Below, in pieces: positions 8,971 through 18,351 of a stretch of DNA of 64,000 nucleotides. The position numbers and the translations under genes were made by a program. The stretch comes from a virus. The DNA is taken from IMG/VR virus record IMGVR_UViG_3300020470_001313, positions 32,001 to 96,000 of that record; one strand, given 5' to 3'. Within the stretch, counting starts at the first letter, position 1. Each line of letters opens with the position of its first letter. Under the pieces are notes generated by a model. The model was not told the origin of the DNA. It did no database searches and was given only the letters and a program-made list of their open reading frames with translations.

Positions 8971-9524
8971 AATTTTAATCTGCTCTCCAGTTGAGGAGAA
9001 TTAATGTATCCAAAAGAAAGGTTACAACTGATGATGGTCTTTCGTTGATCACCAGTTATGATTGGAGATCTATGTGGCATTGCACCAGGAAAAATAAAAA
9101 TATCTCCTTCTTCAACATCTGGTTGGAACTTCACCATCGTATCATAATCTACGAGTTCTGTACACTCTTTGGGATCTGGAAGTTCAAGATAGTATACAAA
9201 TGCTACAGAGGTTTGACCATGAACATGCCATCCATGCTTATCTCCAGTAGTATATTGTTGATACCATCCATTAAGTAATTGAGAATCTCTCAAACAATAA
9301 TGATCATGGAGTGTAGCATAGAAATCATTCAGATTATTATGAAGCAGTGTTAGATACTGCTTCTCATCTAATGACTTTTCTGCATAGTAATCAGTTCTAG
9401 AAATAGAATCATCTGCACTATAAGGATCATGTTGAACTGTCTTACCTTCAGAGTATTCAATACTCTTTAGTAATGCTGGTTTCAACTCATTATGTAATGG
9501 AAACTTATAAGTCCAGGGTTTCAT
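8967..9524 (-). CDS. Putative 2OG-Fe(II) oxygenase
   Basis: WYQQY, HxH (WHVH), FVYYL, EGDIFIFPGAMPH, R.IIS. Confidence 0.8.
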   Translation of the reverse strand: MKPWTYKFPLHNELKPALLKSIEYSEGKTVQHDPYSADDSISRTDYYAEKSLDEKQYLTLLHNNLNDFYATLHDHYCLRDSQLLNGWYQQYTTGDKHGWHVHGQTSVAFVYYLELPDPKECTELVDYDTMVKFQPDVEEGDIFIFPGAMPHRSPIITGDQRKTIISCNLSFGYINSPQLESRLKL

Positions 9525-10177
9525 TATGGTTCTAGAGCGATCCAGTACTTAACATTATCACCTTGAAAGAGTGCTACATTAGCATCACTAATAGTAACCT
9601 GATACTCACAAGGTACTAACTTTAAATTCTCAATCTTAAAACAATAGCAGTAATCCTTATCAGTCTCACCAACTTCTACTGAGTACGTATTGGATGTATC
9701 ATTCTTCTTATCAGTCACACACAAACGCATCTTACCATCACGACCATATAAGCATAGATCAGGAACCTGATACACTGCTGCTGCACGTTGTAGTGAGTTT
9801 AGATTCTCAGGTGTAAGAGTAAAAGTTACATCCTCAGATGGTAGTGTGATATCCTGATCAGGTGGTTGCACGATCACATCAGGATCAGCATAGAAGAACT
9901 TAGTCTTAGACTTACCAGTGCTATCACTTACAGATAGATACTGACTGTTGCTAGTATCAAACTGAGGTTGATCAAATAGACTAAGACATCCTAGAAAAGA
10001 ACTTAGATCATAGATAGAAATCTGACTATCAATGTTTTCTTCCACCGAAGCTTCAGCAAGAATGTTCTTGTTAACACTCAAGGTCTTGATAGTACTTCCT
10101 GGTTTAATTACAATAGACTTGTTGATACTGCTGAAGTTCTTCAGGATATCAATGGTCTCTCTGGAAATTACTGTCAT
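9524..10177 (-). CDS. gp45: Sliding clamp
   Basis: ILKNFSSINKSI, IYDLSSFL, DKKNDTSNTYS, YWIALEP. Confidence 0.96.
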   Translation of the reverse strand: MTVISRETIDILKNFSSINKSIVIKPGSTIKTLSVNKNILAEASVEENIDSQISIYDLSSFLGCLSLFDQPQFDTSNSQYLSVSDSTGKSKTKFFYADPDVIVQPPDQDITLPSEDVTFTLTPENLNSLQRAAAVYQVPDLCLYGRDGKMRLCVTDKKNDTSNTYSVEVGETDKDYCYCFKIENLKLVPCEYQVTISDANVALFQGDNVKYWIALEP

Positions 10178-10491
10178 TTGTCGTAGTCTACTGCGAAGGC
10201 GGTTGAATTGTTAGCGTTAAGACGGTCTGCTGCTTCACGCTTATCATTGAAGTGTAGAAGAAGGATACCGTAGTGTATAATTTTTATGATATCTTTACGT
10301 GATGAACCTTTACGATCATAACGTGAAGCATACTTGAGAACATTACTTCTACAGAACGCTTCAGCATCACCTACAGAATCAATAAGGTCAAGAGTCTGAA
10401 CGTTACCGACAGAATAATGACCTTTGTATGTGCTTGAAATATAGTCCGAGATCTCCTTTAGTATCTCGGACTCACTGTACTTGTTACTCAT
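10174..10491 (-). CDS. DUF3310-like protein
   Basis: HY...QTLDLI...FCRSNVLKYASRYDRKG...DIIKIIHY. Confidence 0.75.
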   Translation of the reverse strand: MSNKYSESEILKEISDYISSTYKGHYSVGNVQTLDLIDSVGDAEAFCRSNVLKYASRYDRKGSSRKDIIKIIHYGILLLHFNDKREAADRLNANNSTAFAVDYDK

Positions 10492-11582
10492 TCTAAGGAC
10501 TTCAGAAGTTGTTCATCTGTTAGTTCCTCTTCATTATACACTGTTTCTTCTCCTGCGTCAACCTTAGTATAAAGATCAAGGAATGACTGCTTAGTATCCT
10601 CATCAAAACGATTGATACAATTGGTTAGTGCCTTCAACTTGTCACCAAAGATGCTATATGCTTGAGCAATATGCACCAAACGTCTGGTGGTTATGATCTC
10701 ATCCACTCCACCATCATAGAATGTTTTACGAATTGCTCCTGCCCACTTAACTAGGTTCTCAGCAAACTCTTTATCACATCCTACATTGAGTAGAATTTTA
10801 GTCTCGGTAACTGGAGTAGGATAGGACTGTTCAAATGTTACTGGGAATCTTTCAAGGAACGCTTCGTTGAGCACGTTAGTTCCAATAAATCTGCCGTCGT
10901 CTGAACCTTTACCTTTAGTATTTGCTGTGGCAACGACTGTGAAACCTTGTGCGGGTCTGACGTACTCTCCGATCTTTTTAAGGAAAATTCCTTTACCTTC
11001 AAGGACGGACTGGAGGCAGAGAATCTTGTTTGAGGCAAGGTCAATTTCGTCAAGGAGCAAGACAGCCCCTCGCTGGAGAGCTTCAACAACAGGTCCGTTG
11101 TGCCAGACGGTATCGCCGTTAACAAGACGGAAGCCCCCAATGAGATCATCTTCATCTGTTTCTATAGTAATGTTTACACGAATCAATTCACGATTGGTTG
11201 CGGCACATGTTTGCTCAACAGAAACAGTCTTACCGTTACCAGATAAACCAGTAATGAATACAGGATAGTATGCTTTGGATTGAATTATTTTTTTAAGATC
11301 ATTATAAGGACCAAATGGTACGAAAGTTTTATCCTTAGTAGGAACCAAACTTACATCCACTGCCTTAGCAGGTGCTTCAAATACTCTTTCAAGATCTGCT
11401 ACTGTGAGATCCCACTTACCTCGTCCAACCTTAAATTGTTTAAGTCTTTTGAAGACTGTCGGTTGACTAACTCCAAACTTATCAACAGCAGCACGGATAG
11501 CAGTAGAACCAAATTCATTACCAAATTTGCGTTTGATGAATTTTGTGATGTCATTGGTTGAAAGTTCAAGTTTTTGTGGCAT
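10488..11582 (-). CDS. cobS: CobS/MoxR-like AAA+ ATPase
   Basis: GLSGNGKT, LLLDEID, ATANTKGKG, NEAFLERF. Confidence 0.92.
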   Translation of the reverse strand: MPQKLELSTNDITKFIKRKFGNEFGSTAIRAAVDKFGVSQPTVFKRLKQFKVGRGKWDLTVADLERVFEAPAKAVDVSLVPTKDKTFVPFGPYNDLKKIIQSKAYYPVFITGLSGNGKTVSVEQTCAATNRELIRVNITIETDEDDLIGGFRLVNGDTVWHNGPVVEALQRGAVLLLDEIDLASNKILCLQSVLEGKGIFLKKIGEYVRPAQGFTVVATANTKGKGSDDGRFIGTNVLNEAFLERFPVTFEQSYPTPVTETKILLNVGCDKEFAENLVKWAGAIRKTFYDGGVDEIITTRRLVHIAQAYSIFGDKLKALTNCINRFDEDTKQSFLDLYTKVDAGEETVYNEEELTDEQLLKSLE

Positions 11583-11606
11583 GTTTTCTCTTTTGTTTAT
11601 ATAAAC

Positions 11607-11651
11607 ATTATAGCAGTTTTCATACTATAATGGTGGGGTGAGTGGACAGTT
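11607..11651 (-). promoter_or_regulatory. Early-type promoter: AACTGTCCAC-N29-TATAAT with extended -10
   Basis: Motif at 11642-11651, TGcTATAAT with -10 at 11607-11612, upstream of cobS. Confidence 0.75.
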
Positions 11652-11897
11652 TCACCACTGTTCCCCCTTGTATGTGGTGGACGCTGCTAGATCATTTAAA
11701 GAATCAGTAGCAATAGTTTCCTGACCCTCAGATCCACCTGATACTGGGTGAGGATGATCCTTCATAAAAGCATTAGGAAATGCCTTCTGGAAATTTAAAC
11801 ACGCTCTTGCTTGAGTAGGTGCATACAGATGACCAGAGTACAACTTCTCACGATCTTCTTTATAATAGTATTCAAACTCCCACTTAGGTAACGTCAT
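11652..11897 (-). CDS. Hypothetical protein
   Basis: 81 aa, ATGA-coupled to the vWA gene. Confidence 0.7.
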   Translation of the reverse strand: MTLPKWEFEYYYKEDREKLYSGHLYAPTQARACLNFQKAFPNAFMKDHPHPVSGGSEGQETIATDSLNDLAASTTYKGEQW

Positions 11898-14053
11898 GCG
11901 ATTTGCTCCACAAACTTATTAAGAATTAACTTGTTTGTCATCTTAGAACCCATGTGCTTTTTGAATGCTCTAGTAAGTTCTCCTGCGGTGGCAGTCTCAC
12001 CTTTAACCTTTACATCAAGATCATTAGTATCACCACCCACATTGGATGATCCTAGGATAAGTAATTCACTGTACCCATATTTATCAGTAGATACAAATTT
12101 CTGCTTAGACCATTGCTTATTGTAATCTTGCTGATCCGACCAAGAAATATCTGCCTGACGTAAGATTCTATTCATATCACCCTTGTCACCTATACGAATA
12201 CCAATCCAATTATAATCTGTAACCTGATTAACAAATCCTACAATCTCTCTTGTTGTTAAACTATATGTTGTATTAATTTTCTTGGATAAACCTGTTTCCT
12301 TATCACGTAAGATGAATACTTTACTATGACAATTTTGCATATAGGCACTACGAAATTCACGATTTTCCCAATCACACTTAGTTAAGTATGACATTGGATT
12401 TGAATCACCATCACTTAGAACAACCACATTAACTTTATCAACCTTCTCAATTGCTTTAAACTTATTAACTAAAGTACGAGTACAAATAACTGCATCTGCT
12501 AATGGTGTACCACCAAGATTATATTTCTGCATAGGTCTGCAACCCCAACTGTATCTCATTCCCCATGCTTGAGTCCAGATATATTTCATCATTAATTCAA
12601 GATCACGATTGTTCATCTTGTTACTGAAGAACTCAAACAACTGAAATTGTTCAGTAAGTGAAAGTGTATTCTCCTTCTCAACATATGTTTCAAGTTTCTC
12701 TCCACCCCATCCATTAGAAAAGGCATATACTCTAAATGGAATGTTTACTTTCTTACAGAACCAGATTAGATTAAATGTTTGCTTAAGAGTATCAGTAAGA
12801 AGTGTACCTGAAGGTGTAGTAGTGGTCATAGAACCTGACCAGTCAAGATGCATTATTAGACCATGATTCTTACCATCTGCTACAGTAGTAACTCTCTTAA
12901 AAATATCCTCACTGATCTTATACTTGTATAATGAATTGGTATTGATAACTCCAGTCTTAGAAGTTGCTGCACGTTGATAATTAGCAGCAGACTTTTTCAT
13001 CTCAAACTGCTTAACAAGATAGTTAACAGTCTTTACTGATGACTTCTTAAATTCAGTAAATTTTGAAAAATTATATCTGAGATTCTTATCATAATATTCT
13101 TGTGCATTCTGATCAACATGTGCTTGACCTAAGAAATGGTAGTGAAGATCTTCTAATATTTTTTTGTAAGGTACAACAATGTTATCAATTTTAACCTTTG
13201 GAAGATCTACGTAGACCCATTCCTTAGCAGAATCATCAACCAATTGCTGCTGTGCTTCTGCCATTGCTTTATCAGTATGAGATTCAGTCTCATCATAATC
13301 TTCACCAGCACCGTTAACTGGTGCTTCTATATCCTCACCACCTTCATCTGAAGCTTCTGGTGTCTGACCTTCACCTTTTTCTTCTGAGGTTGGATCAGGA
13401 GAACATGGTTCATACTCAGCATTTTCTTCAATCTCCTGCTTTATCTCATCAGGTAAAGAACCAGCACCCATAGGTGGTACATCAGGTAGTTGCTCTTTCT
13501 CTTTCTCCTTCTGTAATCCCTCACAATATTCATACAACTCATTAGCAAGTTTTACCACATCTTCAAATGTATTAGTCTTACCAGCACGATCAACCCAAAC
13601 CTGCTCTTCCTCAGTAAATTTTATTTCCTGATGTGAACCAATCTTATAGTGAAGATTGATACGATCAATGAAAGGAAGTCTTGCTGGATCTTCTTTACGT
13701 ACACCGAAGAAATCCTTATCATGTAACTCAGTATATCCTGTATAGAATGACTTGCGTAGACCAGGATATGTTACCTTCATCTTCTTCTCAATTCTTACAT
13801 CCTCTATTACATTCACAAAATCCTTTGGAGCATCCCCAAAACAATCAGCAGGGGTGTACAAGGCATGTCCTACCTCGTGCCCTACTAGAAGGTCATATAC
13901 ATCATTACTAACATCCTTCCATATAGGCAGAGCAAGTACACGCTTCTGAACATCAAAATATGCTGTAGCGATCTTACGATGCTCTACATGTAGGTTCTCT
14001 GTAGCAAGTAACTTTGCTAGTTGACCTTTGACATCAGTGTTTACTTCTTGCAT
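11894..14053 (-). CDS. Metallopeptidase-like plus vWA (CobT-like) protein
   Basis: HEVGH (HEXXH), acidic linker, MIDAS elements DWSGS, GGTPL, LSDGD; AGGAGG RBS. Confidence 0.9.
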   Translation of the reverse strand: MQEVNTDVKGQLAKLLATENLHVEHRKIATAYFDVQKRVLALPIWKDVSNDVYDLLVGHEVGHALYTPADCFGDAPKDFVNVIEDVRIEKKMKVTYPGLRKSFYTGYTELHDKDFFGVRKEDPARLPFIDRINLHYKIGSHQEIKFTEEEQVWVDRAGKTNTFEDVVKLANELYEYCEGLQKEKEKEQLPDVPPMGAGSLPDEIKQEIEENAEYEPCSPDPTSEEKGEGQTPEASDEGGEDIEAPVNGAGEDYDETESHTDKAMAEAQQQLVDDSAKEWVYVDLPKVKIDNIVVPYKKILEDLHYHFLGQAHVDQNAQEYYDKNLRYNFSKFTEFKKSSVKTVNYLVKQFEMKKSAANYQRAATSKTGVINTNSLYKYKISEDIFKRVTTVADGKNHGLIMHLDWSGSMTTTTPSGTLLTDTLKQTFNLIWFCKKVNIPFRVYAFSNGWGGEKLETYVEKENTLSLTEQFQLFEFFSNKMNNRDLELMMKYIWTQAWGMRYSWGCRPMQKYNLGGTPLADAVICTRTLVNKFKAIEKVDKVNVVVLSDGDSNPMSYLTKCDWENREFRSAYMQNCHSKVFILRDKETGLSKKINTTYSLTTREIVGFVNQVTDYNWIGIRIGDKGDMNRILRQADISWSDQQDYNKQWSKQKFVSTDKYGYSELLILGSSNVGGDTNDLDVKVKGETATAGELTRAFKKHMGSKMTNKLILNKFVEQIA

Positions 14054-14073
14054 TTTCCTCCTTGGTTACACCT

Positions 14074-14118
14074 ATTATAACAGGTATCAAAGTCGGAAGC
14101 AACGCAGGGTGGACAGTT
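14074..14118 (-). promoter_or_regulatory. Early-type promoter: AACTGTCCAC, TTGCTT-N17-TATAAT
   Basis: Motif at 14109-14118, 29 nt from the extended -10 TGtTATAAT (14074-14079). Confidence 0.8.
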
Positions 14119-14294
14119 CAATAACTGGGTGTCTCATCTAAAGGTGGTTCCCATACTGGGACGATCTCATGATCTTTAAATCTAACCACACCTTCTCTCA
14201 ATTTCTCTTCAAGTTCATCAACATCTAAACTGTGAGCAACCACCTTAGTTTCACTCTTATCATTTTCATATACGTGGAATGTTAAACTACTCAT
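14118..14294 (-). CDS. 58-aa hypothetical protein (not in ORF track)
   Basis: MSSLTFHVYENDKSETKVVAHSLDVDELEEKL...ETPSY; ATGA overlap with gp46. Confidence 0.75.
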   Translation of the reverse strand: MSSLTFHVYENDKSETKVVAHSLDVDELEEKLREGVVRFKDHEIVPVWEPPLDETPSY

Positions 14295-16012
14295 GACACA
14301 TCTTTCATTTTGGAGAAATCATTAATCTTCTCAAATCTTAAAGTGGTCATAAACTTATCTGCAAGTATATCACCCTTATGTGATATCACAAATACGTTTG
14401 TACTCTGTCCTAAATTTCTAAGAATTTTCATAAGTTCTTGAGTAGAAGAATCATCCAATGATGAATCAAATACTTCATCCAATATAAGAAGATTAGTTGA
14501 TGCAGAGTTTTTCATTCTAGCAACTTCTCGCCATGTGAATAGTAATGCTAAATCAATCTTCTGCTTCTCACCCTCAGAGAATGAGGAGTAAGAGAAGTCA
14601 TCACGAAATCTTGATTTAATTACTTCATTAAATTCATCATCTAAGGTGAAGTTAACGTAGAAGTCCATACTCTGAAGGTATTTATTGATCAGTGTATTGA
14701 AGACTGGTACGTATTTCTTTATAACTTGGGATTTAATACCTGAATCCTTAAGCAAATATGAAACTGCTGTGTACTCATCCAGAGTTTTGTTAATATTTGC
14801 ACAATCTTTCTCAGTTTTTGATAGATTTGCTTTGAGAGATTCTAATACTTCTATCTCACCTTTAACATTTGGTTGATCATCTGTTAGAGATTTAATCTGT
14901 TTCTCAATAGCAATGTTTCTCTTCTCTATTCTTATTAGATCTCTATCAAGATTATTAATATCATTATTTAAATTAAAAATACTTTTATTTAAAATTTCAA
15001 GTTCAGTAATATCTTTTAAACATGTTTCAATTTGACCTTCTAATTTTAAAAGTCCCTTATTATATGTTGATGATTCTTCATCTAATGTTGTACACTTGTG
15101 TGTCTTAAATTCTGTATCAATCTCCTGAGTGCAGGTAGGGCATACATTATTTGAGGAAAAGAACTTTAATTCTTTAAGTAAAGCAGACTGTTTGTGTTCT
15201 ATCTTTACACGTAATCCCTTTAACTTTTCTAAATCTTTCTTAACAGTTTTGTAATTATCTAATTTTGGTTCTTCACTTTTTAATTTAAATTCAAGCTTAC
15301 TGCGATCAGCATTTAAAACTTTAATAGAATCTTTATTATTTAAAAGTTCATCTTCCTTTTCACGAACTCTATCCTCATTGATAGCAGATAGTTTATCAAT
15401 ATGTGCTTGCTGAGTGTTAACTCTTTCTTCTGCTATTGCTAATAGGTGGTCACAGTCTTTACCTTGATCCTGAGACTCCTTGATACGATCCTTTAATAGT
15501 GTATTCATAACACTAAAGATCTGAATATCTAATAGATCTTCTACAACCTCACGTCTTACACTAGCATTCAATTGCATAAAGGGAACAAATGTACTACTCC
15601 CTAGTATAACAACCTGTGTGAATGACTTATAATTTAGTTTAAGTATTGACTGTTCAAGATACTTTTGATAATCTCTATTAGCAGCATCTTGATCTACCAG
15701 TTTATCGTTCTCAAATATTTCAAACTTATTAGGTTTAATCTGACGACGTACTAGATACTGTCTACCATTAACTTCAAATTCTGTTTCTACTACTGTTCCT
15801 TTCTCATTAATACTATTAACTAACTGACCCTTTGTTATCTTACGAAAGGGTTTGTTAAACAATACGAATGTAATAGCATCTAATATGGTTGACTTTCCAG
15901 CACCATTGGTTCCAATTATAAGAGTTGATGGAGATTCACTCAATGGGATCTCAATGAATTGATCTCCTGCACTCAGGAAATTTTTCCATCGGATCTTCTG
16001 GAAGGTTATCAT
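14291..16012 (-). CDS. gp46: Recombination endonuclease subunit (Rad50-like)
   Basis: GTNGAGKST, CPTC hook, FSEGEK, LILDEVFD, VISH. Confidence 0.97.
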   Translation of the reverse strand: MITFQKIRWKNFLSAGDQFIEIPLSESPSTLIIGTNGAGKSTILDAITFVLFNKPFRKITKGQLVNSINEKGTVVETEFEVNGRQYLVRRQIKPNKFEIFENDKLVDQDAANRDYQKYLEQSILKLNYKSFTQVVILGSSTFVPFMQLNASVRREVVEDLLDIQIFSVMNTLLKDRIKESQDQGKDCDHLLAIAEERVNTQQAHIDKLSAINEDRVREKEDELLNNKDSIKVLNADRSKLEFKLKSEEPKLDNYKTVKKDLEKLKGLRVKIEHKQSALLKELKFFSSNNVCPTCTQEIDTEFKTHKCTTLDEESSTYNKGLLKLEGQIETCLKDITELEILNKSIFNLNNDINNLDRDLIRIEKRNIAIEKQIKSLTDDQPNVKGEIEVLESLKANLSKTEKDCANINKTLDEYTAVSYLLKDSGIKSQVIKKYVPVFNTLINKYLQSMDFYVNFTLDDEFNEVIKSRFRDDFSYSSFSEGEKQKIDLALLFTWREVARMKNSASTNLLILDEVFDSSLDDSSTQELMKILRNLGQSTNVFVISHKGDILADKFMTTLRFEKINDFSKMKDVS

Positions 16013-16275
16013 TTGGGTGGTGGAACAACTAAAGTGTCAGATTCAATAATACTGTAGCGATAACCAAACTGTTTACAGTTGGACGCTACCATGTCTATAT
16101 CAATATGTGCGATTCTTAAGTTGGAATTCTTCTTATCAGGTGTGTCTTCTGCTTCAAGATGTACTAAGTAACGTTCAGCATCATCCTGCTTTTCAAAGAT
16201 CTGGACAATTTTAGATTTGTCCTTTGCCTTTACAGCATAGACTCCTTCAGTACCGTTGTCTACTAGTATGAACAT
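16009..16275 (-). CDS. Hypothetical protein
   Basis: 88 aa between gp47 and gp46. Confidence 0.8.
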   Translation of the reverse strand: MFILVDNGTEGVYAVKAKDKSKIVQIFEKQDDAERYLVHLEAEDTPDKKNSNLRIAHIDIDMVASNCKQFGYRYSIIESDTLVVPPPK

Positions 16276-17297
16276 GCTTCTACATACAATGACTTCATGA
16301 TGGATTTAATGTTGGTTTTGTTTTCTTGTAGTTCCATCTCATCTATGTAGTTCTCTAACAAAGTTAAAGTGTCTTCGGTCTCTACCACTTCTAGTTGTTT
16401 TTCTAGAACAGTACCGAGATCTTCAATGATCTTTAAGTCTGCTACCTCACACTCCTGTAATCTACGAACAAACTGATCAAATTTAATTTGGTCAGTCTTA
16501 TTCTCTACTATCAATTTGACATAAGTGCCTTTGATAGTCTTAGGATCAGGCAAAACGCAACCCTCATTATAGTACAGTTTGTGGAACATGTCAAATGGAT
16601 TTCTATAGAAGGTAGTCTTCATAGTGTCCGTATCAAACACGTGGAACCCACGTTTGCAACCATAGTCATTCCAGTATAACTGGGAAGGGTTACCTAGGTA
16701 TGTAATATTATCCTGCTTAGACTTCATATGATAGTGTCCAGTAAATACTTTTTCAAATTTACTGTACGGTGATCTATCCATACCATGAGTCATGAAAGCA
16801 CCTGGATGAGCTTCAAAGCCGTTAAGCTCAAGATGGCCCATACAGACAGGTGCAGTACTTTCTGAGATGCATCTGAAGGTAGCGTCTCTGTTCTCATCAC
16901 ATATCCAAGGAAGAAGTAGAATGTCAATACCACCGATGTTACAGGTAGTAGGGTCTTCAATGATAGTGATGTTGTCGTACTCTCCCAGTAATTCCTTTGG
17001 AGCATTAATTCTAAGAGTATTTTTGTAGTATATGTCATGGTTCCCTATGAGCATTGTCATATGACATCCCATCTCTCTAATAGGATCAAACCACATATCT
17101 CTTGCAGCATCAAGAGACTGGAAGTTTATGCTCTTTCTTTTGTCAAAAGTATCACCCAGATTGATAATAGTTTTAATTCCACTTGCTTTAATAAAAGGTA
17201 CAACTATCTCACCATAGAATTTCTTGTACGCAGTTATATAAGCTTGGTTATCATTACGAACACCAAAGTGCTGATCTGTTATTAGTAATATTTTCAC
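16263..17297 (-). CDS. gp47: Recombination endonuclease subunit (Mre11-like)
   Basis: TDQHFG, LGDTFD, GNHD, GHLE, GHYH. Confidence 0.97.
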   Translation of the reverse strand: MKILLITDQHFGVRNDNQAYITAYKKFYGEIVVPFIKASGIKTIINLGDTFDKRKSINFQSLDAARDMWFDPIREMGCHMTMLIGNHDIYYKNTLRINAPKELLGEYDNITIIEDPTTCNIGGIDILLLPWICDENRDATFRCISESTAPVCMGHLELNGFEAHPGAFMTHGMDRSPYSKFEKVFTGHYHMKSKQDNITYLGNPSQLYWNDYGCKRGFHVFDTDTMKTTFYRNPFDMFHKLYYNEGCVLPDPKTIKGTYVKLIVENKTDQIKFDQFVRRLQECEVADLKIIEDLGTVLEKQLEVVETEDTLTLLENYIDEMELQENKTNIKSIMKSLYVEACSY

Positions 17298-17782
17298 TAG
17301 TTATATCTCTGGCTGGTTTCTATACGTGCTTTAATAGCATTATATTCTGCTGATTGCTCACCATCCACATGCATAACTTCTTGGTAACCTGACTTCTCAA
17401 TTATCTTATCTCTAATCTCCATCTGACGTTTCTCTTTAGCAATACGTCTTAAGAATGCAAAGTAAACTATCTGTGTAAAATAAGCAAATGGATTTTTAGA
17501 TTTTGCTGGATCAAAATTATCTATGTACTGTATACAATTTTCTATTCCGTCACAAACCATATCATCCTTATACATGTAGTTGATAAAGTTTGGTCTATAC
17601 GATAAATGAGTAGCAATTTTTAAAAAGCAACTACCAATATAATCATTTACTCTAGGCTTTGGAAGTCCCTCTCTTTTATTACGAAGAATTTTGGCACGAT
17701 ACTTTTCAAGCTCTGATAAGAACTTTTTATTATCTAAGTAGTGTTCCTTTTTTCTTCTAGGGGCCATAGATTTAGTGTACAT
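17297..17782 (-). CDS. gp55: Late-transcription sigma factor
   Basis: HYLDNKKF, CFLKIATHLSYRPNF, NPFAYFTQI; the track start (17833) lies inside the -35 box, so the real start is 17782 or 17767. Confidence 0.95.
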   Translation of the reverse strand: MYTKSMAPRRKKEHYLDNKKFLSELEKYRAKILRNKREGLPKPRVNDYIGSCFLKIATHLSYRPNFINYMYKDDMVCDGIENCIQYIDNFDPAKSKNPFAYFTQIVYFAFLRRIAKEKRQMEIRDKIIEKSGYQEVMHVDGEQSAEYNAIKARIETSQRYN

Positions 17783-17804
17783 GTATAGCCAACTGACTGA
17801 CCCT

Positions 17805-17833
17805 ATTATAGTAAATCCTGACCATTGTGTCAA
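17805..17833 (-). promoter_or_regulatory. Consensus sigma70 promoter of gp55
   Basis: TTGACA-N17-TATAAT. Confidence 0.9.
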
Positions 17834-17839
17834 GGGGGC

Positions 17840-17868
17840 TTGACAAGATCAGGAATCCTCTATAGAAT
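17840..17868 (+). promoter_or_regulatory. Divergent sigma70 promoter (antisense to the uvsW operon)
   Basis: TTGACA-N17-TAGAAT, back-to-back with the gp55 promoter. Confidence 0.75.
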
Positions 17869-17895
17869 AACAATGTCAGTTGTGAAGGGTTACCT

Positions 17896-18348
17896 CTAGC
17901 TTTTCTTATATAGTTCTTCAAATCTCTTACGAGCATCGGAGATCTTACCGATTTTACCCTCTTTTTCCGTGACTTCTACTTGATGGTCTTTTCTAATTTT
18001 TGCTTTGTCAGCACTGCCGCGCTGCGAATGTAGGTAAGATTCATAAACAAATATCATTTCTCGTGAGAGAGAAGCAATAGAAACAACGTCCTTCTCGTTT
18101 ATAATATAAAAATCTTCTTCAGAAAAATTCTGCCATTGAGTGAAACCAATACCTTTAACAGCTTTATCTTCTGCAATCTCTTTCGTAAAACTTTGTACTA
18201 CCAATGGGTTTTCAACATACAATAAGTCCTGTGTAGGAAAGGTTGCTTTGTCCCTTGAGACAATACACTTCCCAATAATTTCGTCACCACTTGTTAATTT
18301 AATACAGCAGTGAAATTCTTCATCATGCTTAACGTAGTTTAAACTCAT
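17896..18348 (-). CDS. Conserved hypothetical protein
   Basis: IKLTSGDEII motif; typical position between uvsW and gp55. Confidence 0.85.
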   Translation of the reverse strand: MSLNYVKHDEEFHCCIKLTSGDEIIGKCIVSRDKATFPTQDLLYVENPLVVQSFTKEIAEDKAVKGIGFTQWQNFSEEDFYIINEKDVVSIASLSREMIFVYESYLHSQRGSADKAKIRKDHQVEVTEKEGKIGKISDARKRFEELYKKS

Positions 18349-18351
18349 TGA

